A stretch of DNA of 61,382 bases, counting the filler. It is 5 parts of 5 records of this genome, joined end to end, with 100 filler letters (N's around TTAATTAATTAA, not from the genome) between each part and the next. Parts side by side here need not be neighbours in the genome. Positions count along the whole stretch, not along the records: positions 9,105 to 28,048 come from DRR723986_9101; 4 more parts are not named here. One strand, written 5' to 3'. The translations under genes were made by a program, and so were the position numbers. Every line of letters begins with the position of its first letter. Position 1 is the first letter of the stretch. Under the pieces are notes generated by a model. It made no database searches and was not told where the DNA came from. It saw only the letters and a program-made list of their open reading frames with translations. This document shows, piece after piece, positions 9,674 to 24,479 of the stretch.

Positions 9674-11446
9674 TTAGTAGGTCCGGATCTTCGGCTCGAA
9701 GGTCGGAACCGTTTTCGGTGCAAAGTTCACGTCACGCTTGCCAACGCGCTTGTCCAGCGGGAAGTACATGGAGTGCTTCAGCCAGTTCTCGTCGTCACGC
9801 TCGGTGAAATCGTTACGGGCATGGGCACCGCGACTTTCTTTACGCTCAATCGCAGACTTGGCGGTCGCATAGGCAACTTCGTACAGGTTGTCCAGCTCCA
9901 GTGCTTCGATACGGGCGGTGTTGAATGCCTTGCTGGTATCGGTCAGCTTGGTCTTACGAACCCGCTCACCGATTTCTTCCAGCAGCTTCAGACCCTTCTC
10001 CATACTTTCGCCGTCACGGAACACGCCGAAGTAGAGCTGCATGCAGTTCTGCAGGTCTTTACGAACCTGAGCCACATCCTCACCCTCACTTGCACTGTCC
10101 AGACGCTCCAGACGAGCCATGGCACGCTTGATGTCTTCGTCGCTTGCGCCGTCGACCTCGAAACCACCACGCAGCTGCTCCTCAATGTGCAGGCCAGCCG
10201 CACGACCAAAGACCACCAGATCCAGCAGAGAGTTGCCTCCCAGACGGTTAGCACCGTGCACAGACACACAAGCAGCTTCACCGCAGGCAAACAGGCCCGG
10301 AATCGGCTTGTCATTGCCGTTTTCATCCTGAGTCAACGCCTGACCACCAACGTTGGTCGGAATGCCGCCCATCATGTAGTGACAGGTCGGAACCACTGGC
10401 ACGGGCTCTTTGACCGGATCAACGTGAGCAAAGGTACGGGACAACTCACAGATACCCGGCAGACGCAGGTTCAGGGTTTCTTCGCCCAGGTGATCCAGCT
10501 TCAGCAGTACGTGATCCTTGTCGGGACCACAGCCGCGGCCTTCCAGAATTTCCAGAACCATGGAGCGGGCAACAACGTCACGACCAGCGAGATCTTTGGC
10601 GTTCGGAGCATAACGCTCCATGAAACGCTCACCTTCGGAGTTGATCAGATAACCCCCCTCACCCCGGCAACCCTCAGTTACCAGCACCCCGGCACCGTGG
10701 ATACCGGTCGGGTGGAACTGCCACATTTCCATGTCCTGAACCGGGAAGCCGGCACGCAGGGCCATACCGATACCGTCACCGGTGTTGATCAGGGCATTGG
10801 TGGTTGACGCATAGATACGACCGGCGCCACCGGTTGCCAGAACGGTCGCCTTGGCCTTGATGTAGCAGACTTCACCGGTCTCAATTTCGATACCGACAAC
10901 ACCGACCACTTCATCTTTACTGTTCTTGACCAGGTCCACGGCGTACCACTCGTTCAGGAACGAAGTGCCGCCTTTGAGGTTAGCCTGGTATAGCGTGTGC
11001 AGCAGAGCATGACCGGTACGGTCGGCTGCGGCACAGGTACGGGCAGCCTGACCGCCCTTACCGTAGTCCTTGGACTGACCACCGAACGGACGCTGATAGA
11101 TACGACCCTGCTCGGTACGGGAGAACGGGAGGCCCATGTGCTCGAGCTCGAACACTGCCTGCGGACCGACGGAGCACATATACTCAATCGCGTCCTGGTC
11201 ACCGATGTAGTCAGAACCTTTCACAGTGTCGTACATGTGCCAGCGCCAATCGTCGTTGGGATCAGCGCTTGCGATCGCACAGGTAATACCGCCCTGGGCG
11301 GATACCGTGTGCGAACGGGTCGGAAATACTTTCGTGATACACGCGGTATCGAGACCGGATTCGGTCAGCTGGAGGGCGGCTCGCATACCGGCACCGCCAC
11401 CACCGATAACAATCGCGTCGAACGACATGGTCTTGATGTTAGCCAT
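9674..11446 (-). CDS. sdhA: Succinate dehydrogenase flavoprotein subunit
   Basis: [39 protein letters not shown]. Confidence 0.97.
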   Translation of the reverse strand: MANIKTMSFDAIVIGGGGAGMRAALQLTESGLDTACITKVFPTRSHTVSAQGGITCAIASADPNDDWRWHMYDTVKGSDYIGDQDAIEYMCSVGPQAVFELEHMGLPFSRTEQGRIYQRPFGGQSKDYGKGGQAARTCAAADRTGHALLHTLYQANLKGGTSFLNEWYAVDLVKNSKDEVVGVVGIEIETGEVCYIKAKATVLATGGAGRIYASTTNALINTGDGIGMALRAGFPVQDMEMWQFHPTGIHGAGVLVTEGCRGEGGYLINSEGERFMERYAPNAKDLAGRDVVARSMVLEILEGRGCGPDKDHVLLKLDHLGEETLNLRLPGICELSRTFAHVDPVKEPVPVVPTCHYMMGGIPTNVGGQALTQDENGNDKPIPGLFACGEAACVSVHGANRLGGNSLLDLVVFGRAAGLHIEEQLRGGFEVDGASDEDIKRAMARLERLDSASEGEDVAQVRKDLQNCMQLYFGVFRDGESMEKGLKLLEEIGERVRKTKLTDTSKAFNTARIEALELDNLYEVAYATAKSAIERKESRGAHARNDFTERDDENWLKHSMYFPLDKRVGKRDVNFAPKTVPTFEPKIRTY

Positions 11447-11449
11447 CGA

Positions 11450-11797
11450 TTAAAGCCCCCAAAGAATCTGAATGCCCCACACGACATATACAAACATTAC
11501 GAGCACACAGGCTGCCTGAAGCAGAAAACGCGGCATCGCGGATTTGATGTAGTCGGTAGAAACTGTCCACAAGCCAACCCACGCGTGCCCGGCAATGGAC
11601 AGCAGCGCAAGCAGACTGAAGATCTTGAACCATCCCTGAGCAAACAATGCAGACCACGCCTGGTAGTCAACATCGGTGGTCACAAAGAAGCCAAGCAGGA
11701 ACAGCGTGTACAGAGCTAATACGTAGGCTGTTACGCGCTGGATGATCCAGTCCTGAATACCGTTACGACCAATATTCGTTACACTGTTCATGCCCAT
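11450..11797 (-). CDS. sdhD: Succinate dehydrogenase hydrophobic anchor subunit
   Basis: DWIIQRVTA, HAWVGLW, DYIK and operon position. Start may be 11791. Confidence 0.92.
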   Translation of the reverse strand: MGMNSVTNIGRNGIQDWIIQRVTAYVLALYTLFLLGFFVTTDVDYQAWSALFAQGWFKIFSLLALLSIAGHAWVGLWTVSTDYIKSAMPRFLLQAACVLVMFVYVVWGIQILWGL

Positions 11798-12165
11798 ACC
11801 CAGACTCCTGCCAGAACGATGAGAACAACGGAAACCGCAATCGTGGCTTTCGCGGCGAGGCGCCCGCTTTCAAGCTCTTCGCCAATACCAGCGTCCATCA
11901 ACAGGTGTTTGATACCTGCAACCAGGTGGTACAGCAGAGCAGACAGGATGCCCCAGATGATCAGCTTCGCCAGGAAGCTGTCCAGCAGCTCATTCACCCG
12001 GTTAAAGCCATCTTCTCCGGAAAGGGAGAGATCCAGGCCGTACATCAGGAAGGCAACACCTACGAAGATGATGATGCCGCTGATGCGATGCAGGATCGAA
12101 GTAATGGCTGGCAGCGGGAAATGAAACTTGCCGAGATCGAGATTTACTGGTCGTTTGCTATTCAC
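11788..12165 (-). CDS. sdhC: Succinate dehydrogenase cytochrome b556 subunit
   Basis: KRPVNLDL, SILHRISG, YHLVAGIKHL. GTG start at 12165. Confidence 0.93.
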   Translation of the reverse strand: MNSKRPVNLDLGKFHFPLPAITSILHRISGIIIFVGVAFLMYGLDLSLSGEDGFNRVNELLDSFLAKLIIWGILSALLYHLVAGIKHLLMDAGIGEELESGRLAAKATIAVSVVLIVLAGVWVWA

Positions 12166-12526
12166 AGCGCTCTCACACTCTCTCTTGGTTCCGCGGGACC
12201 GCAAAACGGTGGCGGATGGTTGGTATGTTGGGACCGGAGAATCGGTACGATACCGATAACCGATTGGTTCAGGAGGGCGGATGACTACCCGGTAGCTTGC
12301 TATACTCAAGCCAATAAGCCGGTGCATCCCCGATTCCGGGCTACGGATTATAAGGAGACACCCCGGTAATTACAAACTTGCAATCGCCCTCCAGGCCTTG
12401 CAGCTTGCAGCCTCTACCCATCTATAAGGCTTATTGACAAAACCAATTTCCGCCCCAGGGGCCCGATATTCCGGATATCCCTCATTTACAAACGGGAAGA
12501 AATTTGCCGTTTTCTCCGCCAGTGCA

Positions 12527-12554
12527 TTGACAAAAAAAGCTGACGCCCTATATT
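12527..12554 (+). promoter_or_regulatory. Candidate sigma70 promoter for gltA
   Basis: TTGACA-16 nt-TATATT upstream of gltA. Confidence 0.45.
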
Positions 12555-12641
12555 TTGCCGCCAGTTTTGCGATAATACGCGCTTTCTGGCGCATCTACAC
12601 ATGCAGAAAAGCTGTTATAGCTAATCAGACAGGAGAGCACC

Positions 12642-13916
12642 ATGACCGACAGGAAAGCCACGCTCTCGGTGGGAGATAAGTCCATTGAGCTACCGGTTTA
12701 TTCCGGCACCGTCGGCCCTGACGTTATTGACGTACGCGGCCTGGTACAGGAAGGCGTTTTCACTTACGACCCCGGATTTGTATCCACCGCAGCCTGCGAA
12801 TCGGCCATCACATACATCGATGGCGCCAACGGTGTGCTGCTGCACCGCGGCTACCCCATTGACCAGCTGGCCGAGCACTCCGACTTCCTGGAAGTCTGCT
12901 ACCTGCTGCTGAACGGCGAACTGCCCAGCGAAGAAGAAAACAAGCGGTTCCACGACACCATCAAAAACCACACCATGCTGCACGACCAGATGCGCAACTT
13001 CTTCAACGGCTTCCGCCGTGACGCGCATCCAATGGCCATCATGTGTGGCGTTGTGGGCGCGCTGTCTGCGTTCTATCACGACCAGATGGACGTTTCCGAT
13101 CCCAAGCAACGTGAAATTACCGGCCATCGCCTGATCGCGAAAATGCCGACCATTGCGGCATGGTGCTACAAGTATTCCATGGGACAGCCGTTCATGTATC
13201 CACGGAACGACCTGTCCTACGCAGAGAACTTCCTGCACATGATGTTTGGCACTCCGTGCGAAGAGTACAAGCCAAATCCTGTTCTGGCCAACGCCATGGA
13301 CAAGATCTTCATTCTGCACGCTGACCACGAACAGAACGCGTCCACCTCCACCGTTCGCCTTGCAGGCTCTACCGGCGCCAACCCATACGCCTGTATTGCG
13401 TCCGGCATTGCCGCACTCTGGGGCCCGGCTCACGGCGGCGCGAACGAAGCGGTACTGGACATGCTGGCCGAGATCGGCGACGAGTCCAACATCGAGAAGT
13501 TCATTGCCAAGGCAAAAGACAAGGACGATCCGTTCCGCCTGATGGGCTTCGGCCACCGGGTTTACAAGAACTTCGATCCACGCGCCAAGGTCATGGCTCA
13601 GACTGCCCACGAAGTATTGAGCGAACTCGGCCTGGAAAACGATCCGCTGCTGAAAATTGCCCAGCGCCTGGAAAAGATCGCCCTGGAAGACGAGTACTTC
13701 GTTCAGCGCCAGCTGTATCCGAACGTCGACTTCTACTCAGGCATCATCCTGAAGGCCATCGGTATTCCGACCTCCATGTTTACCGTTATCTTCGCCATGT
13801 CCCGTACCATCGGCTGGTTCTCCCACTGGAACGAAATGGTCAGCGGTGCCAACCGTATCGGCCGTCCGCGCCAGTTGTATACCGGCTCGCCGAAGCGGGA
13901 TTACCCGAAGAAGTAA
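12642..13916 (+). CDS. gltA: Citrate synthase (type II)
   Basis: [40 protein letters not shown]. Divergent from sdhC. Confidence 0.97.
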   Translation: MTDRKATLSVGDKSIELPVYSGTVGPDVIDVRGLVQEGVFTYDPGFVSTAACESAITYIDGANGVLLHRGYPIDQLAEHSDFLEVCYLLLNGELPSEEENKRFHDTIKNHTMLHDQMRNFFNGFRRDAHPMAIMCGVVGALSAFYHDQMDVSDPKQREITGHRLIAKMPTIAAWCYKYSMGQPFMYPRNDLSYAENFLHMMFGTPCEEYKPNPVLANAMDKIFILHADHEQNASTSTVRLAGSTGANPYACIASGIAALWGPAHGGANEAVLDMLAEIGDESNIEKFIAKAKDKDDPFRLMGFGHRVYKNFDPRAKVMAQTAHEVLSELGLENDPLLKIAQRLEKIALEDEYFVQRQLYPNVDFYSGIILKAIGIPTSMFTVIFAMSRTIGWFSHWNEMVSGANRIGRPRQLYTGSPKRDYPKK

Positions 13917-13939
13917 GCACACCGCTTGCCTTCAACCAG

Positions 13940-13970
13940 AAAAAAGCCGCTGACTTCAGCGGCTTTTTTT
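13940..13970. terminator. Bidirectional rho-independent terminator
   Basis: AAAAAAGCCGCTGA-CT-TCAGCGGCTTTTTTT between convergent genes. Confidence 0.88.
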
Positions 13971-13995
13971 ATTTCCCGGTCAGTCTTTCGCCATG

Positions 13996-15201
13996 CTAAC
14001 GACAGTCCGCCGGCAGTAGTTTTTCAACAGCGTTCTGACCATAGCAACTCCAGAATAACCCGTTATCGGTGACCTCCGGCTCCAGAACGATGTATTCCGA
14101 CTCTCCGGTTTCATCAACCCCCATCTCAATGCCGATCACACCACCGTCATAGACATCGATAGTATAGTTTTCGCCAGAGCCCCCGAAGGTACCGCCATAA
14201 CCAAGCTCCGCCATCGAGCTCGGCCAGGCCTGGTGTTCACTGACATAGGCATCGACAGAATCCGTAACCCCCAAGCCTTCCAGGTAGGCATCCTGATAGC
14301 GACCTCTCTCTACGTATTCCTGATACTGAGGAATCGCAACAGCGGCCAGTATGCCGACAATGGCCACCATCACGAGCAAGGACGCAGCCCCTCCCCCAAC
14401 CCCGAGCCTCGGGACGAACAGAGCGAAAAACCAGGCTAACTTGCTCCGCCCCGGGTGAGATACTTCACGCCCTTCCGACAGGGCAATGGCAGCTGCCATC
14501 CGCTTGGTGAGCCAGGGATAATCTCCCGTTATTTCGTTGAAGGACATCCAGAAGCCGTTGGTCACAGCCACTTGCCCTACAAATGCGTCCACGTTGATGG
14601 TTTGCCAACGGGTATCGCCTGCAGCAATTGCGGCCAGCGCTGCCTTGATGTCGTCCGGTGACTGACAGCAGGCTACACCGTAGCGATCACACGTGTATTC
14701 TTCGGCACGCCGCAACGCCGGCCCGATTACAGGCAGCCAGGCAGCGGGTGCCAGCACCGGCCCCCAGGAAAGATGGCGCCGGTGAATATGACCCAACTCA
14801 TGACCGATGTAGAAATCAATAGCGTCCGGGCGCTCTTCCAACGCATCAACGACATCCGTGAACAGCACAACAAAATGCCGCCCAAGAAACTTGGTCGCAA
14901 GTGCATTGAAAAAGTCTGTCCGCAGGAGGTAGGCTTCCGGCACCTCCTTTACCCCAACCTTTTCGCAACAACGAATAAGCCGGTCATAGAGGTCCGGATA
15001 TTGCTCGCGACTGATTCGCACCCCAGACCCCTTCAGGTGTGAGATGAAAGCCGAATGGGCAAAGAGGAAGAACACGTACCCCACCAACAGATACAGCAAG
15101 ACTATACCAAGCGTCCCCAGTATCAGAGCCAGCCAGATGGCCACAGCAAGCACCGCCGTCACCAGCAACAACGGTTTTTCATGTTTGTATACCAGATTCA
15201 T
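13996..15201 (-). CDS. M48-family zinc metallopeptidase fused to a C-terminal type IV pilin-like domain
   Basis: N-terminal TM segments, NALA, HELGH, EYTCDRYG, YPWLTKR, then 'LLVMVAIVGILAAVAIPQYQEY...WPSS...WSC...PADCR'. Confidence 0.85.
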   Translation of the reverse strand: MNLVYKHEKPLLLVTAVLAVAIWLALILGTLGIVLLYLLVGYVFFLFAHSAFISHLKGSGVRISREQYPDLYDRLIRCCEKVGVKEVPEAYLLRTDFFNALATKFLGRHFVVLFTDVVDALEERPDAIDFYIGHELGHIHRRHLSWGPVLAPAAWLPVIGPALRRAEEYTCDRYGVACCQSPDDIKAALAAIAAGDTRWQTINVDAFVGQVAVTNGFWMSFNEITGDYPWLTKRMAAAIALSEGREVSHPGRSKLAWFFALFVPRLGVGGGAASLLVMVAIVGILAAVAIPQYQEYVERGRYQDAYLEGLGVTDSVDAYVSEHQAWPSSMAELGYGGTFGGSGENYTIDVYDGGVIGIEMGVDETGESEYIVLEPEVTDNGLFWSCYGQNAVEKLLPADCR

Positions 15202-15542
15202 TTACATCCCTCACGAATAAACTACAGGCGGCATCAAGGCCTCCCCCATTCGCTGAACAACAAGGATTAGAAGTACCGAGAGACCCAAAAACTGGTTTCC
15301 CACGGCCTGTACGCATCCATGCGGCTAGCCTGCTAAGTATAAGAATGCCTGGAAGCGCCTGCTATCGTATGCGCCTGAAATATGCGGATAGTTTACCGGT
15401 CTGTGATTGGCGTCATGCCTGAGTTGACCATTCAGCGAGCCCAGACCAATGGATACCCCGCGAACGGTCGAAAAGGGTTTCAATCCTTTCGGCACGATTT
15501 CATAATCAAAGCACACTGACACTCACCGACTGGAGTAAATCA

Positions 15543-16418
15543 ATGACAACAACGGTAGCGTTTATTGGCCTGGGCGTAATGGGTTATCCCATGGCGGGGC
15601 ATTTGGCCAACGCAGGACTTTCTGTCCGTGTCTGGAACCGGTCTGGCGAGAAGGCAACACAATGGGCGTCAGAACATCCAGGGACCGCCTGTGATTCGAT
15701 CGCGCTCGCTGTCAGAGACGCAGATTTTGTCATGACCTGTGTTGGCGCTGACAAAGATCTGATCGAAGTATTTGAGGGCGACGGGGGAATCATCGCAAAC
15801 GCTCCAGAGGGCGCCATCCTGATTGACCACACGACGGCATCTGCGGGGATTGCCGAACGCCTGGCCGAGTCCGCTGGCGCCCGCAAACTTGCTTTTATCG
15901 ATGCGCCGGTTTCGGGCGGTCAGCAAGGCGCCCAGAATGGCGCACTCACCATCATGTGTGGCGGTCCCGAGCAGGCATTCGAAAAAGCCAGGCCAGTCAT
16001 GGCGCACTACGCCCGTGCACTCAACCTGATGGGGCCAGCGGGTAGCGGCCAGAAAACCAAGATGGTCAACCAGATTGCCATTGCCGGGCTGGTTCAGGGG
16101 CTTTCAGAGGCACTGCACTTTGCTGAGCAGGCAGAATTGGATGTACGCAAAGTGGTGGATGTCATTTCCAAAGGCGCGGCGCAGTCCTGGCAGATGGAAA
16201 ACCGTTCAGGAACCATGATTGACGGTGAGTTCGATCACGGGTTTGCGGTTGACTGGATGCGGAAGGATCTGGGGATCTGCCTGGAGGAGGCGAGAAAAGT
16301 GAATGCGTCGCTGCCGGTTACCGCGCTGGTAGACCAGTTCTACGCAGACGTGCAATCCATGGGCGGGCGGCGCTGGGACACATCGTCTCTCATACAGAGA
16401 CTACGCAAGTTCCGTTAA
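15543..16418 (+). CDS. NAD(P)-dependent beta-hydroxyacid dehydrogenase (MmsB/GlxR family)
   Basis: FIGLGVMG, DAPVSGG, KMVNQ, KDL. Confidence 0.9.
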   Translation: MTTTVAFIGLGVMGYPMAGHLANAGLSVRVWNRSGEKATQWASEHPGTACDSIALAVRDADFVMTCVGADKDLIEVFEGDGGIIANAPEGAILIDHTTASAGIAERLAESAGARKLAFIDAPVSGGQQGAQNGALTIMCGGPEQAFEKARPVMAHYARALNLMGPAGSGQKTKMVNQIAIAGLVQGLSEALHFAEQAELDVRKVVDVISKGAAQSWQMENRSGTMIDGEFDHGFAVDWMRKDLGICLEEARKVNASLPVTALVDQFYADVQSMGGRRWDTSSLIQRLRKFR

Positions 16419-16485
16419 CGCGCCAGCGTATACGAGAATAACACACCCTCGCCTTCTCAAAGGCGGGGGTGCGCCCCCATCTGGC

Positions 16486-19125
16486 CTACTTTTTCTTGTC
16501 TCGCGGTACCCAGCGACCATTTTCATACCACGCTGACCACCCCGTCGCCTTGCCGTCTTTCTCCGACATGACGTACTGCTCTTTTGATTTTCGGCTGTAA
16601 CGGATCACCGTCGGATTGCCTTCGGGGTCCTTTTCCGGGGCATCCATCAGATAATCGTATTTCGGGTCGACTTCCTTTCGGTGCGGTTTGATCTCCATCA
16701 CCAGTGGCGGCCGGGTTTCCCGATTTTTCGGGAATTTACTGGCCGCCAGAAACAGGCCGGAAGCGCCATCACGCAGTACGTAGGTATCGTCCACCTTATC
16801 GCACTTGAGCTCTGGCATCGGTACCGGGTCCATCTTGGGGGGTGCCGGCTCACCATTTTTCAGCAACTTACGGGTATTCTTGCATTCGCTGTTGGTACAA
16901 CCGAAGTACTTGCCGAATCGGCCGGTCTTGAGCTGCATCTCGGAGCCACATTTGTCACACTCCAGCGTCGGCCCATCATAACCTTTGATACGGAACGTAC
17001 CCTCTTCAACCTCGTATCCTGAGCAGTCCGGATTGTTACCACACACGTGTAGCTTGCGCTTCTCGTCGATCAGGTAGCTGTCCATGGCCGTTCCGCATTT
17101 CGGACAGCGGCGCTTTTTCCGGAGCAGTCGGGTTTCGCCTTCCCCTTCCACGTCGTCGTCAGCGCTCACCACTTCGTCACCAGACACCAGGTTAATGGTG
17201 GTCTTACAGCGCTCCTTGGGTGGCAGCGAATAGCCGGAGCAGCCCAGGAACACCCCGGTACTGGCCACCCGGATCTGCATATTCCGGCCACAGCTCGGGC
17301 ACGGTATATCGGTTTCCGTGGGAGTATTCGCGCGCATACCGCCATCCGTCTTTTCAGCGCTTTCCAGCTGATTACGGAATTTGTCGTAGAAGTCATTCAG
17401 CACTTTTTTCCACTGAACCTCGCCCTCGGCGATCTCGTCCAGCTCATCTTCGAGGCGCGCGGTGAAATCGTAATCCATCAGATTCGGGAAGGATTCCGCC
17501 AGTCGCTCGGTAACGATTTCGCCCATCTTCTCCGCGTAGAAGCGGCGATTCTGAAGCTTTACGTAGCCCCGATCCTGAATAGTAGAAATGATGGACGCAT
17601 AAGTGGACGGCCGGCCGATCCCCTGCTTTTCGAGCTCTTTGACCAGGCTGGCTTCGGTGTACCGGGGCGCCGGCTTGGTAAAATGCTGGGTCGGATCCAG
17701 TTTCTTGAGATCCAGGGGCTGATCCACCTTGATATCCGGCAATGCCACGTCTTCATCTTTCTTGGAGGACTGCGGCGCAGCCTTCAGGAAGCCGTCAAAC
17801 TTGACGATTCGACCCCGGGTGCGCAGCTCGTAGTCGCCGTTGGCCACCACAATAGAGGTACTCAGGAATTCGGCATCTGCCATCTGACAGGCAATAAACT
17901 GGCGCCAGATCAGGTCGTAGAGCTTCTCTGCGTCTTTTTCCAGGCCGGTAATATCCGTTGGCCTGCGAGCAACATCGGTCGGGCGAATCGCTTCGTGAGC
18001 TTCCTGGGCGCCCTCCTTGCTGCCATAGACCCGCGGCTTCTCAGGCAGATAACGTTCGCCAAACTGCTTCTGGACGAAGTCACGACAGCTGGATACGGCA
18101 TCCTGGCTCAGATTGGTGGAATCCGTACGCATGTAGGTAATGAAACCGGCCTCGTACAATCGCTGGGCCAGCATCATGGTTTTCTTGACGCTGAAACCCA
18201 TGCGGTTACTGGCCGCCTGCTGCAGCGTGGAGGTAATAAAGGGTGCAGACGGACGGGATCGGGTCGGCTTGTCTTCGCGCTTGGCCACCTTGAAGCCGCC
18301 AGCCTTGAGCCGCTCAACGTGCTCCTTGCTCTGAGCTTCGTTGACAGGGCGGTAGGGCTTGTCGTTATAGCGGGTTACTTCGAACCGGACCGGGTCTTTG
18401 GTGCCTTCTGCAGCCAGGTCTGCATGCAATTGCCAGAACTCTTCCGGCACAAACTTACGGATCTCCCGCTCCCGTTCCACTATCAGTCGTACGGCGACGG
18501 ATTGCACACGGCCCGCAGACAGACCGCGGGCAATCTTTGCCCACAACAGCGGCGAGACCATATAACCCACAACGCGGTCCAGGAACCGGCGGGCTTGCTG
18601 AGCGTTCACCCGGTTGTTATCCAGGTTGCCCGGATCCTTGAAGGCTTCCTGAATTGCCCGTTTGGTGATCTCGTTGAACACCACACGACGGTATTTGTCC
18701 GGCTCGCCGCCAATGGTCTCCTGAAGGTGCCAGGCAATCGCCTCCCCCTCTCTATCCAAATCCGTTGCCAGATAGATGTGGTCGGCAGACTTGGCCAAAC
18801 GCTTGAGCTCGCTGACCACCTTTTCCTTACCGGGCAGAATCTCGTAACGGGCGCTCCAGTCATGGTCGGGATCAACACCCATGCGGGCTACCAATTGCTC
18901 CCGGGCCTTACGCTTCTTATGCTCGGCTTTCTCGTCCGGGCTCATCTTGCGCGTGGCCGCCGCCTGTTTCGCCCGTTCTTTCGGGTCTGACTGGCTGCCG
19001 CTGCCACTTACGGGCAGGTCACGGATGTGGCCAACACTGGACTTCACGATAAAATCCGAGCCCAGGTACTTGTTGATGGTCTTCGCTTTCGCTGGCGACT
19101 CGACAATAACGAGACTTTTACCCAT
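16486..19125 (-). CDS. topA: DNA topoisomerase I
   Basis: [36 protein letters not shown]-terminal Zn ribbons. Confidence 0.97.
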   Translation of the reverse strand: MGKSLVIVESPAKAKTINKYLGSDFIVKSSVGHIRDLPVSGSGSQSDPKERAKQAAATRKMSPDEKAEHKKRKAREQLVARMGVDPDHDWSARYEILPGKEKVVSELKRLAKSADHIYLATDLDREGEAIAWHLQETIGGEPDKYRRVVFNEITKRAIQEAFKDPGNLDNNRVNAQQARRFLDRVVGYMVSPLLWAKIARGLSAGRVQSVAVRLIVEREREIRKFVPEEFWQLHADLAAEGTKDPVRFEVTRYNDKPYRPVNEAQSKEHVERLKAGGFKVAKREDKPTRSRPSAPFITSTLQQAASNRMGFSVKKTMMLAQRLYEAGFITYMRTDSTNLSQDAVSSCRDFVQKQFGERYLPEKPRVYGSKEGAQEAHEAIRPTDVARRPTDITGLEKDAEKLYDLIWRQFIACQMADAEFLSTSIVVANGDYELRTRGRIVKFDGFLKAAPQSSKKDEDVALPDIKVDQPLDLKKLDPTQHFTKPAPRYTEASLVKELEKQGIGRPSTYASIISTIQDRGYVKLQNRRFYAEKMGEIVTERLAESFPNLMDYDFTARLEDELDEIAEGEVQWKKVLNDFYDKFRNQLESAEKTDGGMRANTPTETDIPCPSCGRNMQIRVASTGVFLGCSGYSLPPKERCKTTINLVSGDEVVSADDDVEGEGETRLLRKKRRCPKCGTAMDSYLIDEKRKLHVCGNNPDCSGYEVEEGTFRIKGYDGPTLECDKCGSEMQLKTGRFGKYFGCTNSECKNTRKLLKNGEPAPPKMDPVPMPELKCDKVDDTYVLRDGASGLFLAASKFPKNRETRPPLVMEIKPHRKEVDPKYDYLMDAPEKDPEGNPTVIRYSRKSKEQYVMSEKDGKATGWSAWYENGRWVPRDKKK

Positions 19126-19328
19126 ATCGGAGATCTGTATCCTTGGCGATCAATCGGTCAATATCTGAACAGAACCGTAAACTCGCATAAAAATCAGGCA
19201 ACTGGAAAACACAAAGGCTGCCATTCTGTATAGGCTCACTGTTTTACAGGGTCAAGATTGGCAAGACAACCCATTCTTTGATTTCAATCAGCCTTTTTTC
19301 CGGGTTCCGTCGCATTTTGCGCGTCCGG

Positions 19329-19358
19329 AAACAGGAAGGCCCGGCATATGCCGGGCCT
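19329..19358 (-). terminator. Probable terminator of fadBA
   Basis: AGGCCCGGCA-TA-TGCCGGGCCT hairpin followed on the minus strand by TCCTGTTT. Confidence 0.6.
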
Positions 19359-19390
19359 CCTGACTGAGCTCACTAATCAGATACTCCTGA

Positions 19391-22749
<3,359 letters not shown>

Positions 22750-22859
22750 CTGATCTCCAGTCTGTGTTTGGAACTGCTGACAACCGGCGGGCGTTGGTCA
22801 CCATGCCGGCTGTTTGTGCAGCGAGATTTCGGTCACTGCCCGATCTTCCGATCCAAAAA

Positions 22860-22877
22860 TTCATACAGTCGTTTGAA
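22860..22877. promoter_or_regulatory. Putative PsrA (TetR-family) operator upstream of fadBA
   Basis: TTCATAC-AGTC-GTTTGAA, one mismatch from the TTCAAAC-N4-GTTTGAA palindrome. PsrA represses fadBA in Pseudomonas and Shewanella. Confidence 0.6.
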
Positions 22878-23061
22878 TCGTGAGGGCACACGATGAAAAA
22901 AAAAGACGCGTTTGTCAATTTGTTTCTGAATGAAACCTGCAGAAAAAAGGGAGCTGACTCTGTAAGCGCCGGAAACTACTTGATTAGCCGGCAGACTTAC
23001 TTTAACTTCGGGTTACGACTTTAGTCCACAATAATAAAACAGCATTACGGAGACTCATCCG

Positions 23062-23880
23062 ATGAAAGACGCCCGCCTGCGGATCCAGTCGTTGATTGCC
23101 GCGTTCATTCTTCTCGCCCTGACGGCTTTGAGCGCCAAAGCCCAGGAAACCGGAGCAGAGTTTCTGTCTGACCTCCACGATTTCCGGGTCAACAATTACC
23201 TTGCCCTCGATGCCTTTTACAACTTCAGTGCGACCGGCGATACCGAAACGCTGAACCGGATCGTTGTCGGAATTAACAACTCCAACGATGCCATGAATTC
23301 CGTGGTGGCCAGTACCAGCGGCGTTCTTTCTGAACAGCAGATTGAGGAACTGAACCAGGCCTTCGACCAGTTCAAGAACCTGATGCGCGGCAACATCAAT
23401 GAAGTACGTGACCGGGGCTACCCGGATCTTCGTCTGATGGCCGACCTGGCAAACCAGGCCCTGAACATGAACAACCTGGCCACCGAACTGTACTCAGTGG
23501 CGCAGGAAGGCAGCGGCATCAAGGCGGACACGCGCATCGAGTCGGCGCGCTCAGCCGCTGTTGTCATGGCCCAGATGATGGCCCGTTATGCGGCCAGAAC
23601 GCACTCTTCCGTCTCTCAGACCTTCCAGGGCGCCTCCAGCGAAGTGCCTCTGGACGAACAGGCAAAGACATTCGATCAACTGCTGTCGTCGCTTCGGGCC
23701 GGCTCAACAAACGGCGAGCTCAAGGCTGCCCTGGACGATGTCGCCTCCAAATGGCAGTTCATCCGCGGCTCCTACATCAACTACAACGAAAACAACGTGG
23801 GCTTTGTGATTGATCGCTACTCCAAAGGCATCATTGAAGGCCTGACCAACGCCATTGACCTGCTACGCGCCAGCGCCTGA
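23062..23880 (+). CDS. Exported all-alpha hypothetical protein
   Basis: Signal peptide ending AKA-Q, GGAG RBS, host-like codon usage. Confidence 0.75.
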   Translation: MKDARLRIQSLIAAFILLALTALSAKAQETGAEFLSDLHDFRVNNYLALDAFYNFSATGDTETLNRIVVGINNSNDAMNSVVASTSGVLSEQQIEELNQAFDQFKNLMRGNINEVRDRGYPDLRLMADLANQALNMNNLATELYSVAQEGSGIKADTRIESARSAAVVMAQMMARYAARTHSSVSQTFQGASSEVPLDEQAKTFDQLLSSLRAGSTNGELKAALDDVASKWQFIRGSYINYNENNVGFVIDRYSKGIIEGLTNAIDLLRASA

Positions 23881-24022
23881 CGCTCTTCCGGGGTGAGCGC
23901 CCAGCTCACCCCCAGCCAAACCCCTCCCCGGTTGATACCGGTCAGCATGACAAAACACTTTCCCCGGTATACTCTCGGTACTATTCTGAACATATTCCCC
24001 AAGTACGAAGGAGCGCTAACCT

Positions 24023-24454
24023 ATGTCCACCTATAAGAAAATGCTGGTTGCCATTGATCTGACCGAAGAGGCACCACAGGTTCTGAACAAAGCCAAAGCA
24101 ATATGTGACGCCCAGGGAGCGGAGTTGCTGCTGGTTCACGTTGTAGAGCCGGTTGGTTACGCCTATGGTGGCGATATTCCGATGGATCTTTCTGAACTGC
24201 AGGATCAGTTGGACAAAGCTGCCCGAGAACAGCTGGGCAAGTATGGGGATGAATATGGTATTGCGGCGGCCAACCAGGTGGTAACCGTCGGCCGGCCAGA
24301 ATCGGAAATCCACCGGCTGGCCAAGGAGCACAACGTTGACCTGGTGATCGTGGGAAGCCATGGCCGTAAAGGCTTCCAGTTACTGCTTGGCTCAACTGCC
24401 AACGGCGTTCTTCACGGCACGGAGTGCGATGTACTGGCCATTCGTATTCATTGA
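24023..24454 (+). CDS. Universal stress protein (UspA family)
   Basis: YKKMLVAIDL, DLVIVGSHGR...LLGSTA..VLH...CDVL. Confidence 0.93.
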   Translation: MSTYKKMLVAIDLTEEAPQVLNKAKAICDAQGAELLLVHVVEPVGYAYGGDIPMDLSELQDQLDKAAREQLGKYGDEYGIAAANQVVTVGRPESEIHRLAKEHNVDLVIVGSHGRKGFQLLLGSTANGVLHGTECDVLAIRIH

Positions 24455-24479
24455 GACTCGTGATGGAAGGGGGACGGCC

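Noticed and set aside
18890-19010. Lys/Arg-rich insertion in the TopA TOPRIM domain
   Set aside because: Ordinary feature of gammaproteobacterial TopA; not an intein.
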